Below, in pieces: positions 51,901 to 64,000 of a stretch of DNA of 64,000 nt; positions within the stretch are counted from its first letter, which is position 1; each line of letters starts with the position of its first letter. Under the pieces are notes generated by a model. It was given only the letters and a program-made list of their open reading frames with translations. It was not told where the DNA came from and searched no databases. The DNA is taken from the NCBI GenBank assembly GCA_964234715.1, contig OZ174290.1; one strand, given 5' to 3'. Origin of the DNA: Podarcis melisellensis. Taxonomy: Eukaryota. Position numbers and translations under genes: made by a program.

Positions 51901-52578
51901 CATGCTGCTCATTCACACTAAAGTCTGGCTTATTGTAATGTGCTAACAAGCTCATAGATGTTTTGGCCAATAGTGACAGTCACACTTGTTCAGCCTCCTC
52001 CATTAAAAGACCAGCTGTACAATCCTAGCATCTTGTTCATATGAGTTATTCCCCCCCCCCCTAATTTTACTGGAGGACACAAAACCAATGTTAAGCCCAG
52101 TCGTGAATGACTCTGGGGTTGCAGCGCTCATCTCACTTCCCGCTGGAGTGGTACCTATTTATCTATTTGCACTTTGATGTGCTTCTGAACTGCAAGGTTG
52201 GCAGGAGCTGGGACCGAGCACCGGGAGCTCACCCCATCGCGGGGATTTGAACCACCGACCTTCCGATCGGCAAGGCTTAGGCTCAGTGGTTTAGACCACA
52301 GCATCCCCCACTATCCTTCAATAAATGTGAATCTTGAATTGCTGCCTCTAAGCCTCAAATGTTCTATTGCTGGCTAAGGGATTTTGCATCTTACTTTTAC
52401 TTTTCAGAACGAAGATGGCCCCAACGATGACATCCAGCATGTTGGCATCACTGCAAAGAATTTCTCTCAGTCTGCTCAGGTGGCTGCAGAGAAGTTAGGC
52501 ATTCAGGTGGCTGAGCTCCTCCTGAGCAGAGGGGCAAAGCACATCCTCAACGTGGCCCGACAGCTCAACGATGCCTGA
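39695..52578 (+). CDS. HMBS: Hydroxymethylbilane synthase (porphobilinogen deaminase), housekeeping form, 358 aa
   Basis: Exons 39695-39718 (MTSSPPAS, least certain), 42781-42834 (IRVGTRKSQ), 44974-45046, 45808-45857, 45949-46004, 46507-46584 (VHSLKDLP), 47203-47280, 47575-47650 (GTSSLRR), 48150-48263 (RGNLNTRL), 48515-48553, 49938-50057, 50567-50620 (EGGCSVP, cofactor Cys), 51358-51447, 52408-52578; total 1077 nt. Confidence 0.96.
41803..41832 (+). CDS. HMBS: Candidate alternative (erythroid) first coding exon of [14 protein letters not shown]
   Basis: GAGATGG Kozak context and CAG|GTAAGA donor, phase 0 matching exon 3. Upstream CCCCACCCC (41615-41623) and TTATCT GATA site (41651-41656). 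Confidence 0.6.
43287..43455 (+). mobile_element. tRNA-derived squamate SINE inserted in a CR1 fragment
   Basis: AGCTCAGTGGTGGAGC...GGTTCAATCCCCGGCATCTCCAGGTAGGG; same family as 1048-1238. Confidence 0.7.
44220..44620 (-). mobile_element. CR1 LINE 3' fragment
   Basis: AGAACATAAGAA...CCATCTAGTCCAGCATCC tail typical of reptile CR1; minus-strand translation resembles the end of ORF2 (FVTQSVIKF...LPQDI). Confidence 0.6.
45340..45550 (-). mobile_element. Squamate SINE (MIR/Squam3-like)
   Basis: CATCCTCTCAACAGCCCTGTGAGGTAGG core, GGTTCGAATTCC B-box on the minus strand, (TAAA)n tail. Confidence 0.65.
46740..46998. mobile_element. Mariner-type MITE
   Basis: TA-CCGTATTTTTTGCTCTATAAGAC / GTCTTATAGAGCGAAAAATACGG-TA. 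Confidence 0.85.
47651..48149 (+). other. U12-type GT-AG intron of HMBS
   Basis: 5' site GTATCCTTT; branch-like TTCCCTTAAT (48129-48138) close to the AG; joins FRDI|RGNL. Confidence 0.9.
49110..49566. mobile_element. hAT-type MITE
   Basis: TIRs CAGAGGTTTTCAGCC / GGCTGAAAACCACTG; 8-bp TSD GGCTGGAT/GGCTAGAT. Confidence 0.8.
52099..52305 (-). mobile_element. Sauria SINE, internally deleted
   Basis: Minus strand GCTGTGGTCTAAACCACTGAGCCT...GGTTCAAATCCCCGCGATGGGGTGAGCTCCCGG...AGATAAATAGGTACC, matching my recollection of the Sauria SINE consensus. Confidence 0.8.
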
Positions 52579-52918
52579 TGGGGGCCTGCCATGGATGTCA
52601 AGCTCTAGCCGTTGTCCTTCATGGAAGCAATGAAGTCTCTTGCAAATCAACCACTGCCCCTCTCGGTGAAGGGAATCTTAATTTATTATGGTAGCTACGC
52701 CACAGTTTACCTGTGCTGCTAAGGACTGACTCATGCTGTAGCCTCCAATGGAAGATTCATGCTGGCGGGGATCACTCCCTTTAACACACAGCCTGAATTT
52801 TGAGAAAGAGAACCATTTAAAAGAAGTTGGTGCCTTCATTGATTGCTGTAAGGAATAATGTAACCTGGTACAGTTGCATAGAATGAAGTGTATATTTTTT
52901 TTAATTATTGCCAAATGG

Positions 52919-52924
52919 ATTAAA
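52919..52924 (+). terminator. Candidate HMBS polyadenylation signal
   Basis: ATTAAA ~340 nt after the stop codon, followed by a T-rich tract. Confidence 0.5.
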
Positions 52925-53344
52925 GAGATTTAAACTGATAGTAGTGGAATTCTTATTTGTTTAGCTATAGCTGAATCTACTGCAGCTTACTTGTGTATGC
53001 TTACCAGCTCCTTTAAAGCACACGGCTTTCCCTCAAAGAACCCTGGGAACCACAGTCTGCCCCCGGGAGCTGCAATATCAGCACTCTTAACCAACCACGA
53101 TTTCCAGAATTCTTTGAGTTTGTAAACAGACCTGTTTTCACCTGAGTAGCAGGAAGGAGCAAACCTGCCTGGTCATAATAGAACCGTCATGAAGTAAGGG
53201 TGGGTAGAAAGAAAACTTTGTAAATCTCAGATGATTTTCAGAACTCCATCCTCTTTCCAACAGTGGCTAACTAGCTGCTTCCAGGCACCCATACAATAAG
53301 CCGGACATGAAAGCAAGATGCAGGAAGCTATAAGTTCCATAGAG

Positions 53345-53470
53345 CAGTGGCGTAGCGTGGGGGGTGCAGGGGGGCCGGCCGCACCATCTGGGGGTTAGGG
53401 GGTGAAAATCCACGGGTTAGGGGGCGCAAATTACTTGCCCCGGGTGTTGACAACCCACGCTACACCACTG
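53345..53470. mobile_element. hAT-type MITE with perfect TSD
   Basis: TIRs CAGTGGCGTAGCGTGGG / CCCACGCTACACCACTG; 8-bp TSD CCATAGAG on both sides. Confidence 0.9.
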
Positions 53471-54337
53471 CCATAGAGCCATCGGTCACCTCCATTATTT
53501 TAATACCCTTTTGCCTAATGGCAGGAAAGTCCATTAAGTTAGGAAAGATAGTTCTCTTTGGCTGTTTTCACCAAACAAATGCCAGCCCCAGTCAGCATGG
53601 TCTAATTGGGGGGTGGGAGAAAGCCCACCTGTTTTCTATGCCAAGCCAACAATGACCTTTCTCCTGCCTGTTAGCCATGCTGCTTTGGGCTGCCATGAAT
53701 CTTAATCTGCACCAGTGGATACTCCTCTATCTGCTTTTCTATACCACATCTCTACCACACCCTCAACTTTTTATGGTAACGACCAAGAGGACACAGGAAG
53801 ATGCCTTACACTCAGCCAGGCCACTGGCTCATGCAGTTCAGTACAGTACTGTTTACAGTAACTGGCAAAGGTCCTGCAGATGCCTTCAGGCAAGGGGCAA
53901 TCCCAGTCTTCCCCAGAGTTTGAACCTGGCAAAGTGCAAGAATGTAATAATTTCTTGATAAAGAGTTATCATACAGCCTACTGAGACTGGTGCACTGAAC
54001 GTAGCTCTTGCGAAACCTTGCAGCGCTCACCTGCCGCTTATTTTCTAACCGGCTTGCCCCCACCCATATAAACTTAAGAAAGCCCAGTTTAAACAGCGCA
54101 AATTCGTTTAATAAAACAAAAGCCAACACCGCGATCCCTGCAACGTAATTTCAACGGGATCCCCACCCACTTCAGCAATCCGTTTGTGGGCCAGGCAACC
54201 ATGCGCTCAGTCCCGGCGCCTGACCCTTGTCCCAAACCAAACCCCCAGAAAAACGGGGGTTGCTTGACCCGTCCTCGTGTCCATCCCTCGCCGGCTGCTA
54301 CCGGAGTCCCGTCCAGAGGCTGCTGCTGCTCGCCCGC

Positions 54338-54778
54338 CTAGTATTCCTGGGAGGCCTGGGTGGCTTTCTTCCTCGGCGCCGCTCCGCTCGCCGCTCCTCC
54401 TCCTCCAGCGCCGGCCTTGCGGGGCAGAAGGGCGGCGGGGATGTTGGGCAGGACGCCGCCCTGCGCGATGGTGACGCGGCCCAGGAGGCGGCTGAGCTCC
54501 TCGTCGTTGCGCACGGCCAGCTGCACGTGGCGAGGCACGATGCGCGTCTTGCGGTTGTCCCGCGCCGCGTTGCCCGCCAGCTCCAGGATCTCGGCAGTCA
54601 GGTACTCCAGCACCGCGGCGAGGTAGACGGGCGCCCCGGCCCCGACCCGCTCCGCGTAGTGGCCGCGCCGCAACAGCCGGTGCACGCGCCCCACCGGGAA
54701 CTGTAGCCCGGCCCGCGACGAGCGCGACTTCGCCTTGGCCCGAGCCTTGCCGCCCCCGGTTTTCCCGCGGCCCGACAT
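54338..54778 (-). CDS. H2AX: Histone H2A.X, intronless, 146 aa
   Basis: H2A fold ([17 protein letters not shown]...[18 protein letters not shown]) with C-terminal SQEY; lies between HMBS and DPAGT1 as in mammals. Confidence 0.98.
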   Translation of the reverse strand: MSGRGKTGGGKARAKAKSRSSRAGLQFPVGRVHRLLRRGHYAERVGAGAPVYLAAVLEYLTAEILELAGNAARDNRKTRIVPRHVQLAVRNDEELSRLLGRVTIAQGGVLPNIPAALLPRKAGAGGGGAASGAAPRKKATQASQEY

Positions 54779-54794
54779 GCTTCTCCGCTGAAAG

Positions 54795-55030
54795 ATCTGG
54801 CGCCAAAGGTGAACGAGCCGCCGAAGAATGAATGGGGGAAGAAAGCCCGCGCTTTCCTACCCATTTATAGCCGCCGCTCTTTCTTCTCATTGGACGCAAC
54901 CTTTTAGCATTCCCATTGGCCCTCGGCTGCGTCAGACGAACGCAGGGATTGGGCGCACGGATCGCTATTTGCTCGCCCATTGGTTGGTTTGCGGAGCCAG
55001 TAGGAAAGACGCGCGCCAAATTTAAATGTG
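54795..55030 (-). promoter_or_regulatory. H2AX promoter
   Basis: TATAAA 54864-54869; four CCAAT boxes (54889, 54915, 54948, 54979); E2F-type TTTGGCGC sites near 54800 and 55013-55020, the latter adjacent to a CHR-like TTTAAA. Confidence 0.8.
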
Positions 55031-55636
55031 GGGGAGGTATTCGGCATTCGATTTTTAGCTCCACCTTAAACAGAAAATGCAGCATGAGCAGAATCAGGAT
55101 TTATTTTAGGAGTGGCAGGCTTTATGTTGGGGGGTGAGGGGAAGAACCAAATGATCTGGTCAGTTAGTTCACTATTTAGATTTATTTACTTGATTTTGGC
55201 GGGAGCAGCTGTCTCTGCACCTCCTTGGCTGTGCTCATGAAAGGTAGCTAGCCCCCCCCCCGCCACCCCTCCTTTACTGCTGCTTCGTATGTCTGCAGCA
55301 GGTAGAAAATCAGGGTCTGCCAACACACATTCATCATGTACACATTAATGTGCACTTGTGTTATCTACCACTTTTCTAAACCGTTAACCCCAAAAGTAAA
55401 TGCTATTTTTAAAAGCCAGCACCCATAGTAGTAGGAAGAAGAACAAGTAGATAATCAGCTCAAAACCTGGTAGAAAAAGTGCATCTTGCTCTCCATGTGA
55501 AGAGCTATCAGAGAAAGATACAGCTCTCTAGCAAGATGCCACATTTGTGGGGCAATATAATCTAGTTTCCAACTTCATCTCTCAAAGACAGTAGGCAGTA
55601 TGGCAAGATGACTTATGATCCTCCCTCACCATTAGC

Positions 55637-55766
55637 CATGGGCATAGCCAAGGGGGGACAGTTGCCCTCTCTAGATCAAGTAAAACAATATAAATACTTA
55701 ATTAAATGACCAGTCACGTGGGTTCCCCCCCAACAAAGCCCCCCCCCCATCCTTGCTACGCCCATG
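55637..55766. mobile_element. hAT-type MITE
   Basis: TIRs CATGGGCATAGC / GCTACGCCCATG; TSD CCATTAGC/CCATTGGC. Confidence 0.75.
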
Positions 55767-56136
55767 CCATTGGCCCTGCTGCCGCAAATAGATGTTGGAG
55801 AATAGTGTGGATTAAGAGAAAGCAATGAAAGGGTAGGGGGAATAACAGAGGGCCCAGCAGCTTGGGAAAGGGGGCTGCCCTGGCTCTGCTAGAAGGGTAA
55901 GTAGCCAGGGTGCACTTCATGGTAGATGTTCTAGAACAGAACCTGGTCGCTTGTGGGATCAGTTTTGATCTGTGGTAGTGATTAACAATGGAGTGAAAGT
56001 CCCCGCCACCACTCTTTTCCTCCGTTGTGTGAAATGGATATTTTGTCGATGAGTTAGAAAGCGAAAGTACTTGTCACAGCTGTGTTGTTGTTGTAGGTGA
56101 GCTCTACATGCTTTGCTATTTCTCCCTTTAAAAAGT

Positions 56137-56262
56137 GGTATTTGAAGAAGTGTGCATGCACACAAAAGCTTATACCCAGAACATACTTAGTTGGTCTCTG
56201 AGGTGCTGCTGGATAATTTATTTATTTCGACTGTGTCAGACCAACATGGCTACCTATCTGAA
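56137..56262 (+). mobile_element. Penelope-like fragment with a decayed hammerhead motif
   Basis: GGTAT-TTGAAGA-AGTGTGCATGCACAC-AAAA-GCTT-ATACC..., homologous to 4055-4144. Confidence 0.7.
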
Positions 56263-57598
56263 ATTTAAAAAGTTTATCAACTTTAGCCCCCGCCCCTAGA
56301 AAAAGGTCATCAACTTTGACTTCGCTCCCTCTAAAAAAAGGTCAAAAACCTTTGCTCTCCCCCCCCCATAGGTAGATCACTTCCAGAATGTTTATACTGG
56401 GAGTAGATCACAGACACTTGGGAGTTGGACATGCCTGTTCTAGAGAGATAGTTGGCTGAGAAAGCTTGAAAACTTGGTTGTGCACCTAAGATTGCTCAGA
56501 TTGCTCTTCCTTCAGTCATTTGTCCTTCCCTCATGACTAAAAGCTAGGATGTCACCTGGGTGATGTATTATTCTCCATTCCCTCCTCCCTCTTTCCTCCA
56601 TCTGCAAGATGTCACTTCCAGCTAATCCAAGCCTCCTCCTCCATTTCAACACTCAGGCCAGCTCCGTTTAAACAAAAGACAACGAAACCAAAAAGCACTA
56701 TACCAAATCATCTTCATTTGGGTTTGTGAGAGAGAGTTGGACAGTAGTATAGAAACGGTTTAGAAGAGCAGCCCTGAATAGACCGTCAACAGGATCTTAA
56801 GGAGGTTTGAAGTCAGTCCCACCAGGTTCAATTGGAATTCCTTCCCACTTTGGTTGCGGGAGCTTCGGGGTCACTGTTTTGGCACTGCATTAGCCATGAG
56901 ACCATAAAAACAAAGTCCTTCAAAACAAACACAGCACAAACAACTAGGAGGGAAACTGCAATTGCAAAGCCCACGCCCCCATCAGAGCTGTTTGGTGCTT
57001 TGGTTCTATCAAGATTTTGACAGTAAAGCCTTGCTCAAGTACTTACAGGTAGCCTGACGGGGAAACTTGCTTCCTTCTGTTGTGGAGGGACACACAGACT
57101 TACTCCTAGAGCATAAAGTAGCTCTCTCTCGCTCTCTCTCATAGCAGGAGACTTGAAGGACAAAAGATGCAGGGAAAGTGGGGAGCATTGCAATAGGGAG
57201 AGCTGAGTTCTGCTTACATGCATTTTTTTGCCTGTTTGCTTCTGTTTGTGTTTCAGGGTAGCAGCACAATGCTCCACTTCAGAAAAATATTCAAAAGCCC
57301 ACCCTCCTGCCACCCCAAATTATGGCGTCTCCTCCCCTGTCAGTATACAGGAGAGAAAGAGAGAGTACTGACATACAAACAAAGTGCAGTTCCTATAACA
57401 GGAGTAGCAGCAGCAGCAGATGCTCTCCAAATGGATACAAAAGCCCACAAGACATCAGTGCATCCCCAAAGTCCCCCCAGAAGCCTTTCTCCCTCTTGCG
57501 AAGGAAGGCTGACTGCCCTGGGGCCAGTGCAGCTGTGGGCCATGTGGGAGAGAGCTGCGAGGCAGTCCACCAGCAAGCACCAACAGGGCAAGGGCAGC

Positions 57599-62556
<4,958 letters not shown>

Positions 62557-63033
62557 CTCAGAGCTGGATCTGGGAGCCCCCAAATGACAAAGCCAATAAA
62601 CCAAGGAAGTCTGTCTGTCGTCCGTGCACTTCTTCCAGTTGTAGCCTATCTGGAACAGCCACCTCTTGTCAGAAGTAACATAACAGAGAAGGGACCCTTA
62701 GGCCACAACCACTGGCAAAAGGTTCCTGCTTCAGCAGCAGCCATGGTGATGGATCTTCATAACTAAGAATAAAAAAAAATAGTTGGTAACCAACAATTCA
62801 TACTGAATGCAAAATTTACATGCATTTCATACTCTCCTCAGATGATGTGAATGTACACCTTAGCCACAAATGGGATCATCCTGCCCATGGAGGGGGGATC
62901 GCTACAGGTGTGTCTAAGATGACCACTGACAAAAAAGTGCATTGGGATCAAGCAATCTGGGGCCCATAAATCACTGCCCCACCCACTTTGCTGAAACAGC
63001 ACACATGTGCCAATGAATAGGATATGGACCTAG

Positions 63034-63183
63034 ATAGCTCAGCGGATTAGAGTGTGGCATTGTTAACGCCAAAGTTGCAGGTTAGAGTCCCATATGGGAC
63101 AGCCGCATATTCCTGCACTGCAGGGGGTAGGACGAGATGATCCTCAGCGTCCTTTCCAACTCTACGTTTCTACGATTCCATGA
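63034..63183 (+). mobile_element. tRNA-derived SINE with CR1-like tail
   Basis: TAGCTCAGCGGATTAGAGTG...GCAGGTTAGAGTCCC head; CCTTTCCAACTCTACGTTTCTACGATTCCATGA tail. Confidence 0.75.
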
Positions 63184-63399
63184 GCAATCTGGTCTGTTCC
63201 TGGTGATAGGGTACACAGTTGTCTCCTCCTAAACTAGGGGTGGCTAACTTAGGGTCCTCCAGATGTTGCTAGACTGTAACTCCTATCATCCCTGACAACT
63301 GGCCACGCTGGGTGGAGTTGATGGGAGTCCAACACCACCTGGAAGACGGTAGACTTTCGTGTTCTGTCTGCTCCCCGGCACCCAAATTTCTACCCTCCC

Positions 63400-64000
63400 T
63401 GCCCGAATAAAGTGGCCAGACTCCGGCCTACCAGAGGCGCAGGATGCTCCCCTGGGTTCCTGCCCGTCTCCACCGAAACACCGGCTTGATCCAGCTGTCG
63501 TCGAGACTCGGGAAGGGAGTCTCTCTGGCAAGGGCGCGGGGGATTTCCTTTTAACGTCCCTATAAGCTTGGCTGGATTTTCCACCCGGACATTATATGAC
63601 GTGACACCGCCAAATCCTAGCGCGACCCACACAGTGCGAGCATATTACAAGACGCACTCCACGCGTTGTGAAGCCGCGGACGCCATCTTCGTTACTGGCT
63701 ACTCGACGGCGTGGCATGTCAGATCCTCAAAGCCGGGCCCCATGTGCCGCGAGAGATCCGGTGACCGTAACTCTTTGACAGGTTTGGCGGAGGAAATACG
63801 ACGGTCACAGAGTTGTAAGGGACGCCCACACCAAACATGGCGGCCCCCGAGGATCACGTGACAACTGCCCTTGGACGTTTCGTTAAACTACACGTCACCT
63901 GGCTGCCGATTGGCTCGGCGAGGCGCTCCAGAGCCAAGCGGGGCCATTTAAAGGGACAGCAGCTTCTTAGTAAATCTCAGGAACCCAGCTGGAGGGCGAG
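63400..64000. promoter_or_regulatory. DPAGT1 CpG-island promoter, possibly bidirectional
   Basis: CpG-rich; YY1-type motifs on both strands (CGCCATCTT ~63681, AACATGGCGGC ~63834), TGACGTGA 63597-63604, E-box TCACGTGAC ~63854, ATTGG ~63909. Confidence 0.7.

Noticed and set aside
53390-53425. GGGTTAGGG telomere-like motifs (also near 9353-9366)
   Set aside because: Only one or two units, inside a MITE or intron; not an interstitial telomeric array.
54207-55085. 292-aa ORF overlapping H2AX, and antisense ORFs at the same locus
   Set aside because: Alternative frames of very GC-rich sequence, low complexity, no recognisable domain.

Overview
Vertebrate genomic DNA, most likely a squamate; the SINE and MITE repertoire looks lacertid-like, which is an inference. 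The window holds the syntenic block SLC37A4(-, 5' end only) - HYOU1(-) - VPS11(+) - HMBS(+) - H2AX(-) - DPAGT1(-), the same order as human 11q23.3. Exon boundaries were read by hand and give consistent reading phases. VPS11 (16 coding exons, 923 aa), HMBS (14 coding exons, 358 aa), H2AX (146 aa) and DPAGT1 (9 coding exons, 406 aa) are complete. HYOU1 is interrupted by a 200-N gap, with a probable sequencing frameshift beside it. Introns are full of tRNA-derived SINEs, Tc1/mariner and hAT MITEs, and L2/CR1 fragments. Most notable observations: (1) an intact minimal hammerhead-ribozyme motif in a Penelope-like insert, in sense orientation upstream of the first coding exon of SLC37A4; (2) a candidate coding erythroid first exon of HMBS behind a CACCC+GATA promoter, while exon 3 lacks the mammalian erythroid Met; (3) two U12-type introns and one GC-AG intron; (4) an in-frame duplicated splice donor in HYOU1; (5) a solo LTR flanked by a ~100-bp duplication; (6) an H2AX with no canonical histone stem-loop; (7) a compact HYOU1/VPS11 head-to-head promoter carrying ERSE/ERSE-II and CLEAR-like motifs. 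I found no convincing wholly new gene system.
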